Source: Callorhinchus milii (Eukaryota). From it: 64,000 nucleotides of DNA. Below are positions 48,971 to 61,965 of the stretch, piece after piece (within the stretch, counting starts at the first letter, position 1; each line of letters starts with the position of its first letter). A model generated the notes under the pieces. The model had not been told where the DNA came from. It did not search any database and was given only the letters and a program-made list of their open reading frames with translations. A program made the translations under genes and the position numbers. Location: the NCBI RefSeq assembly GCF_018977255.1, contig NW_024704750.1:9548001-9612000 (forward strand). The letters run 5' to 3'.

Positions 48971-49881
48971 AAGCAAAAAGTAGGTAGGTATCCAGGTGTT
49001 TTTTTTAATACTTTAAATATTCCTTGCATGCTGTTGTTGAGTAGTGGCAAAGTTGGGAAAATTCCACTTAGTGGGTGATTTGGTTTCTTCTTCGGGCATG
49101 CTGAAACAGTACTAATTACTTACTTCACAGGAGGTATTTTCAGACCAGGGCAGAAGCTCTTCAGCAAAACCTTTTTAGTTCAGAGAATACTTTGCATGGG
49201 AACAATCCAAACAGCTGTACATTAACTGCCTGGTTTAATTATTGATGATGTTATATGTAGTGAACCCTTTGAGAGAAGAGGAAGTAAAATCAATCATTGT
49301 CAATCAAAATAACTTTAGTTTGTCATATGGAATTAGAAGAAGTTCCAGTCCCTTCATTGTGCTGCTCCTTTTAGGTGCAGGGTGATCTTGGATAAGGAGG
49401 AACTATAGAACTGACATGACTTCAGATAGAAAAATAGGAAAATTATATTCTCAGCAGAGTACAGTCCTGCAGGTGTATGCACCAGATTGGACCAACCATT
49501 TTCTGTTTTGTGCCTCGTGAATATACCCATTTTGGAGTCCTAAGATTGAAATACAAACTCACTGTAGCAGACACCCATCCTTGTACCAGCCATATTGAAA
49601 GGGAAAGCATCCTATGACTGACTGGAGCGAGTGCCCATACCTTTTGGCATTCATGTTATTGTTTGACTTCTTAATTCAGTCTTTTCAGATGAACAGGATG
49701 TTTTTCTTTTCAGTCATAAGATTGTGTTTTTCTCCGTCTCCCATTAAACAGCCTCAAGATTCTCCTGATTATCTCCATAAACTTCCTTATTTCTAACTCT
49801 TCCCAATTAATCCTCCTTGAAACTCTTTGATTAGTTCTAAAGGTCCCATTCTCTGCGTGATTGGCTGCGGTCTTAACTACT

Positions 49882-49945
49882 ACAACAACAACAACTTACA
49901 TTTATGTAGCGCCCTTCACACCGGATGGAGTCTCGGAGCGCTTAA
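49882..49945 (-). mobile_element. isolated L2 tail
   Basis: (aac)n ttacatttatgtagcgcccttcaca...gtctcggagcgct. Confidence 0.6.
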
Positions 49946-52900
49946 AACTATCTTCAACATTCCTAATGAAATGTCCTGATCTTTCTTGTTGGGGGAGGAA
50001 AGCAGCTGTTGCACAAGAGAGGGTCAGAGATTTCCAATCACTGGTATTGTTTTGATTCTTTTGACGTTACCGCTTGCACGTTACATGGAAATACCCCCAT
50101 TGCAACTTGTAAGTTTAGTTTGTTAGTTAACAAAATCTTTTCCTTTTGAAATTTCTTTTAACTTACCTGACATCTGTTTTTCAATAACAAAATACAGAGA
50201 ATATTTCTCAAGACATAGCTGAGATTTACATTGTCCTTATGTCTTACAAAGTGTGCATTGCAGTGCCAGTAAAGAAGTCCTTAACTTTAAGAATGTTTAA
50301 CTGGGAAATATTTTTCCTGGTAAAAATGGGTAAGGGTGCAACAAAAAGAGAGAATTGTACATTAAGATCTTTTATTTTGGCTGTGTTCTGTATTTCAGAT
50401 GATAAGCCAAATGAATTAATGTTTATTTGGCATTTAATCTGTTACTTAGAGTTGTATGGCTAGAAGAAGAGCAAAGAAAATGTGCGTCACAAACATACCG
50501 ATCAACATCGTGCAGGCCTCAGAATATTTTAACACAGAGTATGTTAGGTCAAATGTGGGAGTATCTCATTAACCCACAATCGATTGAACATAGCAGGATA
50601 TTTTACTGGGTTTTTTTTGCCGACTTGGAGTGTTTCCCATGTTTTTTATGCTGTTTGTATTCAGTTTCCGTGAGCAGCAAAAATCTGCCCCCACAGTCTT
50701 ATGACGCATCCAGCAGTAATCCACCTTCAACATTTTTCTTTCTGTGTATGAAGGACTATGTAGAAATAGTTTTGTTATTGACAACTATCTCTGGCAGGTG
50801 ACCACAATGACCAAAATGCTAAAAAATTAACATGACGCTCGAACTTTTTCAAAAGGGTATTGTGTGTAAATTAAAAGGCATAACTTTATGGCAAGACAGC
50901 TGCATATTTATGACTATTTGGCACAGACTTGATTTTATGTAGTCCTTGCATATTTTTGGAGCCTGTCAGGTAGGTAATAGCTGTACATCAAGCAAAACAC
51001 ATTTTAAAAGAGTCCATATCTTACTTGTTGATGCAGCTGCGTCTCAAAGATAGTAATGTTTCTATAAGATGGAAAGTGCCAAACAATCCACAAAAGATTG
51101 AGCAAGGTAGTGTTGTAATTGTTTCAGAGACTGGAAGTTAACTCTTTACAGACTAAATGCCACAATTGTACGCTTCGTCTGTCTTTATAAAAGAAGAGAG
51201 GCTTGGGTACATCGTTGACATTTCCGGTCAATGTAGCCACTATGTTCATTGACCCTTATTGCTAAAAGACAATTCAGGTTGATAGATGTCCTGCGCACTA
51301 CGTTTTTTTTAACGAAAATGCACTTGTGAAATGATTGATTTCATGGAATTCAAGGAAAAAGAAAATCTTGGAATAGATGTGGCTGTAGAACGAATCTAAC
51401 CCTCCAGCTGTTAACTATACTTCTGTGCCAGAAGACCAAACACATTGTCTGCGGTAACTCTATTGGAAATGTGTGGGATGATTTTTGCGGGTAGGATGTT
51501 AATTAATGGACAGTGGATTGTGGGAATGACTTGGCATATTTATGGATGGATCTTATTGCACAAGATCTTTCAGAAGCACTGATCTGTGCATCCAATAATC
51601 TCACAATTGTTTTTCTAATACCTGTCAAAGTATTGATTGGAAATGTTCCTAGTAGCAGTTATGTTCTCAGACACATTAGCATGGTGTCTTGAACTGATAA
51701 CTAAAGCAAATGCTGAAGTAATAAGATGTAGATAAAGGCAATGGAGGTCGCTAATGGTATTGCCAGTTTACCACCAGCTGTACCTGAGTGCTCAATAAAT
51801 TGACAACAGTGAAGCGAGCGGTTTGAGTCTGAATTTTATTCTGGAATTTAATTTGTGTTAATGCTTTGTGTGTGCCAAATTCAAGTGGCTGTACTCAATC
51901 GGACAGTACTCCTGGTATTTGTCTCCACAGTGAAAGTTCAATAATTGTCATACTTCCCCATTGTTATAAATGTTGGCTCAGCACACAACTGAGTGAGAAC
52001 AATGGCCACAGAAGTGAACTAGGCCAATTTGGGTCAGAAAAGAGGATTTCATAAGGAACCATAAGGATTTGGGGCAATTTGCGTAATTAGTACAAGTACT
52101 GGCAGGCGTGAATTTGTAAATCTATTTTTATACTTGTACTTGCATTGTTGAACAAGACTTCTCCCCCTTTTTATGCTGAGGAGCAATATAAGCAACTAGA
52201 TGCAATGCCGTGTACCTGTCGATATGCAGAATGATGGGCTGGCATGTTTAGATGCATTTGGATGGAAGTACTTATTGCCAATCGGGTTCCTTTCTTGACT
52301 TTGTCTGGAGGTTCAGGAGCATATGGTTTGATGTGCGACACAGACTTGTGAGCATTAACGCGGTTAATGAAGAGTTCAGACTTTTCCATCCAGTAGAAGA
52401 AATACTGAGTGTGGTCTGGAGATGGTCCTAGGTGAACTAGGTGAAGAGACAGGACTTGCAATCCAGTGCATTATCAAGATTTGCATTTAGAAACCTCCAT
52501 TTAAGGACAATAAAATGCAGCAAGTTCTGTTTCCAGTTAATTTACTTTCCACTTGCTGATTTGGGGCTTCTCAGTATTTCTCTTTGTTTCATTGTGATAA
52601 GGGAAAGATAACACTATTTATATTTGTTTAAAACCCAGTTGGATAATGTTGTTTCCTTTTCCTTATACTTGACAAAATGAAAACCAATAAATGCAGTATA
52701 TAGGCAGCTTCTTCCAAGCAGTTAAACAAGATAGCTATGCTGTGTAGCCACAACTCGACTTGCAGGAAATGCCCTAGAAACTCAAGTACACAGATAAATC
52801 CCAGCCAGGTTGCGCAAGTTCCCGAATGGATGATTAATACTGTACTTGCATCGTTTACCACGGTTAGTCTCTTCATTACATTGAGTAGATTGCTGAAGCT

Positions 52901-53389
52901 TATGTTCTGGATAGGTGGAAGGATTTTTCTGGACGTTCGTTCTGTCTGGAATTCAGCTTTGACTGATTGAGACATGTTTGAGTTGCTGTACGTGCAAAGT
53001 CACCTTTGTGCAGACAAGATGCAATGACTCATTCTAAATTTTGGCACAAGCCTGGTGATGTCAGATATGTTTGCAAATTTCCCTATCTCTTGACTGTGTG
53101 AAGCTAGGTCAGTTGGTTCCAGGACTGGTTTTTTTCAATAACCATGGATAATAGAAACTTTAATGCTACAAGATGTCCTTGTGCCCCCCACACCCCACCA
53201 CCACCATCATATTGAATAACTTTATTTGTTGCAACTCTATATAGTGCCAGAGGAAATGAATATGTACCCCCCCACCCCACTTCATAAAACCAAACCCAAA
53301 TGTATCCAACCACTGAACCATTGTGGTAACATTTAAAACTTTTTAAAACTGTGCATGAAGGCAGTGCAGAGGAGAGCAATGAGGATGAC

Positions 53390-53486
53390 CCCAGTGTTAG
53401 AGGAATGATCTGAAGGCAGCAATTAGATGAGCTAGGGCTCTTCAGTCTGGAGAGAAGATATCTCAGAGGGAACTTTGTAGAGGTGC
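53390..53486 (+). mobile_element. CR1 ORF2 C-terminal fragment
   Basis: Translates to LDELGLFSLERRYLRGNFVEV, matching the CR1 motif LKELGLFSLEKRRLRGDLIEV. Confidence 0.75.
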
Positions 53487-55339
53487 GTGTAACTTATTTC
53501 TTCATTTGCATTTCTTATTAAAGGATAGTTTGGCTATGAATCAAGTGGGGAAAATAGCCCATTACAAGGACATCGTAATCAATTTAGATCATATTTTACA
53601 AGAATCGTGCAGAAATTGACAGCAAGCAGCAAATATTAACCAGCTTTTGCTGCATTTCAGAAACCAAAAGCCCATGTTTTTGCTCAAATCTAAGCCACTT
53701 AATGTTTTCAAAAACTGGTTCAAATGTTAATTGAGCATTGGAAAACCAACCTGCATGGTTGAGTTTGGACAGTCCAATGATTTCCCAGACACAGCGATGA
53801 GCGGTTCCTGGTCTCTCCAAGGCTAAATTGGATAAGAACACTACTTGTGGTGTGTGGCTGAGGGATGATTGGTGACTGTGGCAAATTATCTGTGCTGCCC
53901 TTTTGAACACAGGACATGCGTGGCCTACTGGAGATTAGAGCATAGAAAAAGGAGGTTGATATACACGCAAAGGAGAAGTCTTCAGGCAGCTAAACTGCTG
54001 CTCCCAAATTCTCAACAGTCCTATATTGCTCTATGAATAAATCATAATGATTTAATTGAAACTTTTTTTGAAGATTTGTATGTCTTGAAACCAGTTACAG
54101 GTATCCTTAGTCCTAGGTTCCTATATCTAGTATTGGCAATAATACTAATAATAATATTAGAATTTTAACTATGCAGTGCGTTTTTTTAAAAGAAGAAAAG
54201 AACATTAGTTACATTACATCATTTCAGAATTTTATCAGTACCTCCCAAAGAAGTTTCAGTTTTAATTGTAAAATATTGGCTGCAGAGTCTGAATCGAATT
54301 CATCGGCAAATGTACCATATGTGGTTTTTATTCTAGGAATCTTTGCGAGTCACTTTTTTTGTATATATGTGGCATGTATTTTTATCCTTATATGGAGCAG
54401 TATTTGAATTTCTAAAACTGAAAATGCAAGGAAATGAAAGCTGAACAAACTGTGGTCTGAATCTGGGGATGTCTTGGGGTTTCTGAATCATTGTTGGAAC
54501 CTCTATTCTGTTATGAGCATGGAATCTCTGCTCTGTTATGAGTAATCTTTCAGCAATCATTAAACCTTGAAAAATGTTTTTAATGTTCCACTACAGCTTT
54601 TTTTCTCCCATGACAATAATAAAATATCTACTTGCAGGAAGTTGAATTGAATCACGTAGAGTGAAGAGTAGACTCCCACCGTAAAGACACGCCAGTTCAA
54701 GTTCATTTAAAAAGGTTCACATCCAAAAGGAATAATCCTGTTGGATAAGATCCAAAAGTTGAATATTTGCAAGCTTCTTTAAACATAGTCACTGTAGGAG
54801 ATTGTATTATTTTAATCTTATTTCAGCCGAATGACAAGTTACTTTCTGTAGCTGACTTGGTGGCCTGTGGAATCTGCAGTGAACACTTCTCTCTAGATTT
54901 CAGAGTTTCCAAGCACTGGTTTATGTACCTTTTTCATAATGCTTAGCATCATGGACTTATTATAATGTATAGTTGCACAGTTCTGGTGCTAGGCAAGTGC
55001 AAAGAAAGCAGAGCTCAACAGTTATGTAACAGAGTTGAAAAACCTACCTTTCAAGACTCGTATTAAATGTGTGAATTTACCTTCAGTTATATATTGATGC
55101 ACTGTTTTGTATAAGCAGTCAGATAGATGGCTATGTTTTGCTTTTGAAAGCACTTCTGAATCTTGAGGTTTTAATGTAATTATGTGCAGCAGCAATAAAA
55201 AAAATTACCTGCAGATTGAGAAACTGCCACATCTAGGTTACAAGGCTTTGTTGTAGCAATGAAGAGTTAAAAGGAGATTTAAAAAAAAAAATTCTGTGTA
55301 CTATAAATACTGTGTCTTTTTCTCCCCCAATTGGTCATG

Positions 55340-55655
55340 GGCAGTATAAAGAAGGAATTTTCCCATGTTTCATTCCTGATTTGCTGATCTCAGGTTGACA
55401 ACTATCTTGGTGTCTTCCTTGATCCTTGGGTTGTAAAAGGTAATATTTGTCCACTCCTGTTTGTTATCCAGGACCCCTGAGATAGGATTGGATTCATCTG
55501 CAATGCTACTCCCAATCACCTAGGTTTTCCAGACTCTCTGTCCAGTTTCCCACACAAAGAATGGCCACTTTGACGAGAGAGCAGAAGACTGTTAATGTCT
55601 GAACACTTGCTTGAGTCAACACCTTCAGTGGACGGTCGGTAAGAGGAGAAAATTT
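55340..55655 (+). mobile_element. ancient SINE relic (AmnSINE2-like)
   Basis: gctgatctcagg...ctcctgtttgttatccaggacccctg...aagaatggccacttt...gagtcaacaccttcag...ggagaaaattt. Confidence 0.55.
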
Positions 55656-56359
55656 CAAATACTTTGAAAATGAAAGCTTTGAAAACCATTTGCCATACAT
55701 CTAAAAGCTTTACAGTAACCTAATTTTCTTTGATCTCAACAAGCCTGATATCATCTTACATGCACCTGCTCTTCTGTGAGTGTTTATAACTAGCAATGAG
55801 AACTAATGTTGTGCCTTGATGTGTGTATCATTTTGCATTATTGTGTTGGCACTTTCATCATGACTTGTGCCTTTGTTCACTACCTCTGCGACCCTGTTGT
55901 TTTTATATTTTGCACCATTCATGGCTTGGCGCTTCCTCTCTGCGATCACATTTCTCTCTCTCTCTCTCACACATGCATCATTATGAACCCATGATCAAAG
56001 CACTCTGAGTAATGAAAACACTGTACCTTCCTTGTTGTTTGCATGGCTTCAGCATATTAGCATTATCGTAGACCACTTCCCAACATTGTCATTACCTTAT
56101 GAACTCGTGAGTATAGGATTTCAGAATTCTGACACAGGAATTTACAGTGGTCCCTCAATAACACTGACAGCAAAATAAGTCATAAAGTATAGGTGGACAC
56201 ATCTTTAACCCATTCATAATACTAGGATGCTGAAATGGCTCAAAATTAGGGCTTTATTTAATGTAGTGAAATTAGACGCTGGAGCTTTATGAAAAACTAA
56301 ATTTTTGACTTCCCATGTTTATAAACAAATACTGTAAATTGATATCTCCTGAGCATGTT

Positions 56360-56577
56360 TTTAGGAAAAAACTCTTTTGGAATAGCGTCATAGGATCTTT
56401 AATGTGCATGTTAATCTGAAAAAAAGAAGCTAGATCCTTGGTTTAACATTACATTTGAAAGATGACCTTAACAACACAGCACTCCTCCATTGCTGGACAA
56501 ACGATGGTGAGCTCAAGTCCTGACTTATGGCTTGAATTCTTACCCTTTAGTCCCAGAGGCAAGTCAATTGAGCCAAA
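56360..56577 (-). mobile_element. DeuSINE-like fragment
   Basis: ggatctttaatgtgca...ccttggtttaacattacatttgaaagatgacc...cagcactcctcc...gctcaagtcc...ggcttgaa, related to 39728-40150. Confidence 0.6.
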
Positions 56578-57529
56578 ATGACTGATGTGTAATTGGAATG
56601 GAATCTATTTTTGTCTGTGGAAGTACTATTTTATTTTACAAAACCAGCCACATGAATACACAAGATACCTACCACAAAGCTGTGTGAAAACAGACAATCA
56701 AAACATGAAAATCCCAGAATTGCTGCGTGAGTTTGAATGATGGCTTCACATATGTTTGCCATTTGCTGCTGCAAGATTTATTGCATCGTGATTATATTTT
56801 AAGGCTTTTCCGTAACGGACATTGTAAAGAGCTAATAATGGTGCAAGAATCCTCTACAGGGAACTTCGTTTGTCAGAATCGGCCTTCCACAGTAGTCGCA
56901 ATAACTACTCTTTTGGAATCTTTGGAATGCGCTTCCTTTTTCCATTCCTTTCTTGCAGCACAGTGTGTTCTTTCCACAAATTCGGCAAGCTGTTTTGCCA
57001 CAGCTATGTTTCCTTTGCCGTGAATAGAACTTGAACTTTGGAGTTGCAATTTTGGCTTTCCTTTCCCTCCTCCTGGAAATTACTGCAGTTCTACATCTGT
57101 CCAGATTCTGACGTAAAAGAACCACTTGCCAATGTCTTTGAACACAAAGGGTATTGATCATATAAAGATAATTCTAGAAATGAGGGAATATGATGCATGT
57201 TTAGGATCGTTTCCAAATCTGATGATGAGATAAAGTTTTTTTTTGCTCAAGGATTTCTGACTTCTAGTATTCACTATATATGTGTAAGAAATTGATTTTT
57301 TTTGGTACTATATCTGTAATAGCTGTTATGGCATCTATATATGGTAGCAATGTGATTGCTATCCATGTGGATGCTGCGTGTAATTCTTCAAAGCTGCATT
57401 TTTTAAGAATATTCAATCAATCTTTCTACGTCATTTGTTTTTTATAGCATTCAGTACAATTTGTGTTTTTTAATTTGAGGATTTATAACATTGCACATCT
57501 GTACAACGATGACCAATAGTGAGAGAGCT

Positions 57530-57705
57530 TTCCATCATTCTGTCCCCAATCTCTGAATCTCCCTCTCCGCCTTATTCCCTGCCTGCCTTTAAAACCCTCT
57601 TTAAGACCCATCTCTTTAATCCGCACTTTTGGGGTCCTAAATAATTACTTGTGAAGTGCTTTGAGACATCCTACCATCATGAGAGGTACTTTTGTAAATT
57701 GTTGT
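57530..57705 (+). mobile_element. degraded L2 3' fragment
   Basis: SLPAFKTLFKTHLF-like segment, then tgtgaagtgctttgagacatcc tail. Confidence 0.6.
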
Positions 57706-58834
57706 GGCTTATAATAATTAAAAACCAAGAGCTTTTGCATAAACTGAAAAATATTCACAAATGTACTCTTCCTCAGTTAAAATCATTTTGTACATAAGAT
57801 GCACTCAGCATCTGTCTCTCATAAGATTTTATTGCCCTTATAAGTTCTTTTGAGTTTGGCATCAAACCATTGCCTCCACAAATTCTATATTCCACTGCAA
57901 ATGTTTCAGCGTAACATAGATTCATGACTGTTATTTGCACATGGTTTCCATGTAATGCAGCATCATAAATCGCAACTTTATATTGATGTATTTTAAAGTG
58001 ACAAAAATAGATGAAAGGTTACATTTCCAGGTTGCTTTTTTAAAAAAATCATTTTATAGAATTTGAGTTTTTATTACTTTTACAGGGAAAAAAATCCATA
58101 CTTTTTTGTAACATGCCTCTGTCGTTCTGAGATCTGAGAAATCTGGACACAAAATGAGGTTGAAAAAGTACCTGCGATGTTGAACAGCAAGTTGCATTCC
58201 TCAATGGTTCAGCAATGTCTTTTGACAGACTGTACTTTGTTTGACTGCAGTGCTATCAGTGACTAGCCTCTCGTCTGGGTACAATACAGCCTCTGTCCAG
58301 GGGGTTTGAAGTGAAAAGGTGCCTGGTCAGCACATGTCTAAAGAGTGCAGAAAAGCAGACATATTAATTTATATGTGAAGCAACAGATTATTATAAAATA
58401 TTAGACTTAATGAGTAGGTTTTCTGAAAGCTGCCAAAGTTTAGTATAATTGCCTGTAGGAATTATAATTAAAGCTTCTTGTATTTTAAACTCGTCAACAC
58501 TGAATACCTTTTCAACCAAACTGAATGATTGAAATGCAGAACTTTGCATATTTATAAGGAAAGGTTTGAAACCCTCTGTCACTAAGATTTCACATTTTTG
58601 TAGGCATTCGATTCAGCTGCATATAACTAAAAAGTTGCTTTATTTAGCACATGGGTACAAACGTATTTTATTGGCCTATTATAAATTTGCTAAGAACTTA
58701 ACCTCTTATTGTGGAATATTATATTACGTGGAATATCAAGGCTCTAAGTTTGATCACTCATTCTGCGTGTATGTGTAAATTAAAAATCTTTATTGTGTAA
58801 GTATGTTAATATGATCTCTTCCCCCCCGATTGAA

Positions 58835-58882
58835 CCATCATAGAATTTTACAGCATAGAATGAGGCCTTTCAGCCCATCTTC
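58835..58882 (-). mobile_element. CR1 tail fragment
   Basis: catagaattttacagcatagaatgaggcctttcagcccatc. Confidence 0.5.
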
Positions 58883-59444
58883 TTCAGCCAAACTAATCTT
58901 GTGATGTTTTTCTAAGTGAACTGAAAATAGCATCAGCATCATCCCTATTGAATCTACTCTCTCCATTGCCTTGATGTCCTTCCTGTGTTGTATGACTATT
59001 CTTTAAAATATAAAACCTAACATCCTGTTGGCTTTTTTTTAAATGCAGCTCTTGTGAACTGTCCCTGCAGATGTTGCGGAGTTGCTCACTAGGAATAGCT
59101 AAGACTTGATTAAGCAGATATGATTTGGAATACCATATCCTTGTCTTTAAGCCCATTTTTGTCCATGAATTGGAAGAATGACTAGCAGTTGTGCTTGTTG
59201 GCAAGCAGTTTGTTACTTCGTTGTTCGCTCTCCGTTACCCAATAAATGTATTTGTTCATTTTTTCCATCAGCTGGGTATCTGACACATGTGAAAATCCAT
59301 CATCATGCACATTCATTCAGTCAACTAAAACTTGGAGCATGCACTGACCAGTGTGAAATTCCCAATTTGGACCAATCTACAAACCACAATCTCCATTTTT
59401 TGTGTGTCCACATGGCAAAATGGCCAGTTAGTCTTTCTGAGTCA

Positions 59445-59765
59445 TAATAATAATAATAATCCTTGCATTTGATATAGCGCTTTTCACGTCAGGAGGACGT
59501 CCCAAAGCGCTTCACAGAACACACTGTAAAGTGAATTGACTGTATATTTGTGGGCAAACGCGGCAGCCAATTGCGCACAGCAATGTCCCACAAACAGTCG
59601 TAGATTGAAAATGACCAATTTATTATTGTTTTTGGTTTTTGGAGGAATTATTATTAGGCTCTGTGTAGAGTAAGGAAACTTGCCCAAGGTTTCGCCCTGC
59701 CTGGAATTGAACTCAGGTCTCTCGCTTGCAAAGTGAGTGCTCTAACCACTGAGCCACAGGACTCC
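59445..59765 (-). mobile_element. tRNA-derived SINE, well preserved
   Basis: Reverse: ggagtcctgtggctcagtggttagagcactc...gagttcaattccaggc...gcgctttgggacgtcctcctgacgtgaaaagcgctatatcaaatgcaagg(att)n. Confidence 0.9.
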
Positions 59766-61809
59766 ACAGTACAATCACCCAGCAGCGTTCTTGTCTCAGA
59801 TAGTAAGCTACTGTTCTGACTGACTTCCTGGAAATGGCTGAGTCAAATGTGCATTAATGCCAATGGTAAAAATCACACCTAAAGTATTTTGTACTGATGG
59901 CTGAAAAGATTGAAGCTTCCTTCCATGAGAATACTCATGCTTTTTCAATTTTTCTTGGGAGAATACTAGAATAAGTAAAATTGGTGAGAAATGTTTGTAC
60001 AATTGGCTTTGAGACTTTAGCTTGTAAAATAGACAATCAGTTTTTGTTCCCAATTGGGTTCTAGTGATATTCCCTCTCTGGTCAGTGTGGGTGCTGGATG
60101 AGGCCAAGATTGGATTTGGCTGCCACTTTGTGTCTTCACACCACTATTATATCGCTTGCAAATCTGTGAAACTGGGCATTGCCAGTAGTCAGAGAGTAGA
60201 GCTTTTCATTTTTCACTCTGCACTGGATTCTGAAGCGAGTTCTAGAATTGAAAAGATGTCCTAACTTTGTGTCGCACAGTGCACCAAGCTATCTGCAGCA
60301 CTCTCTCAGCAAGTCCATTGTCTGCACGGGAGATGGAAGACGATTCTTAAGCAATACACAAGGTTTACTTCCCTGAGACCAGGATGGAGCTTACCAATGC
60401 ACCCTTTCAGCTGGGTTAGAACATGCAGTAGAAGATCTAAGAGATTTTAAGTTTTTTTTAAATGGTTTGGAGTCCTGCTTTACAAATGTTCCAAATGAAC
60501 TAACCGCCCAGAGTGTATTTGAAATTCAGTGGACCTTGAATTGTATTCTGACATTATCTTGCATCATAACAGTTTGAGATTATTTGATGCAATGCTGTTG
60601 GAAGGAGAAGCATTAACCTACTGAACTGACTATCTGTACCTATGCTGTTAAGTGGGATTGGAGCCATATTTATGGTGTTCAGAAAAGGGTACAGTGCATG
60701 TTGCAGTGATTGCATGTCAATCTATCAGTACATGCTGTCGTGTATGAATCTACAGACTGTGCAACTGAGATAAAGACTGCACAAAGCAACCAGTTATCAC
60801 TTTATGGTTTAAATTAGAAATCTGCCTCTATCATTGTTTAAACCTTGCATGCTTGTATCTCCAATTATGAGTTAACCATTGTCTCATTGCAGTCAGAGAT
60901 CATACCTGTTTGTAAATTGATTTTTTATATTGTTTGTAACCTTCTATCTGTTGTTAAAATCAATGATGTCAGTTATTCCATAGATCTGAAGGTACGTACA
61001 TTTGTGCCAGATATGTGTAATTCTTTCACAGAGATAGCCAGTGAGGCTTTTATTCTTTCTTGATCTAATTGCGTGCAGATGAATATATTTTGAGTTGTCT
61101 GGGTGCCTTGACGCAGCTGTCAAGAGCTTGAATACTTGTGTCTGTAACTTGTTCTGATTTCTTTCCTTTCTTCCGCTTGGTTTCACAAAGTTCAGGGAAA
61201 AGTTATAGATGGAAACAATTTTGACTTATTTACATATATATTAAAAACAGGGATGCTTATGCTTCTGATTAACTTTGCCAGTTACTTCATCTATTTGAGG
61301 TCAGCTGAAAATCATCTGAAGATTGAGAATGTTGTGTATAGCAACCAACATTGACAAATACAATAAATCAATGTGCATTTGGACATACAATTCGAGTAAT
61401 ACAATTATCTGCAGGTTCATATCTTTGACCAAAATGATTGTATCCAAATAGTAGAAGTAGATTGGGGTGGGGGCGGTGGGAGAACATGTCCTTAATATCA
61501 AATAAACATGACATTTCCATCGGCGTACGACTGAATGAGCAACCATGGAAGTTAATGCAATCTGAGCCAGTGGCGTGTGGGTGCTAGGAAGATCCAAATA
61601 AGATTCTATCAGTCTGATATGCTGAGCTGTAAAAAGTTGTGGCTTAACCAGAACAACATGTCAGACATTATCCAGTGCAAGATGTCAGGTAGAGCCTTCT
61701 TTTTTCCTGAATGTTGTCAAGGAGTGTTGCAATATGCAAGGTTTTTCCAGAAAGGTAACTGTTGGGCATCGTCAGCAAACCTATGAAAATGAATCCCCAG
61801 TTGATGATG

Positions 61810-61965
61810 ATAATAATAATCCTTAAATTTGATATAGCGCTTTATCCCGTCTTCGAGACGTCTCGAAGTGCATCACAGAATATACCGTAAAGTGAATTGG
61901 CTATATTTTGTGGGTGAAACCTGGCAGCCAATAGCACGCAGCAGTGTTCCACAAACAGTCGTGAA
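61810..61965 (-). mobile_element. SINE 3' half
   Basis: taataataatcctt...gatatagcgctttatcccgtcttcgagacgtctcgaagtgcatcacagaatata...cacaaacagtcgt. Confidence 0.82.

Noticed and set aside
52171-52975. Cluster of 77-115 aa ORFs that look like decayed coding DNA
   Set aside because: No recognisable motif or splice pattern; cannot be supported without a search.
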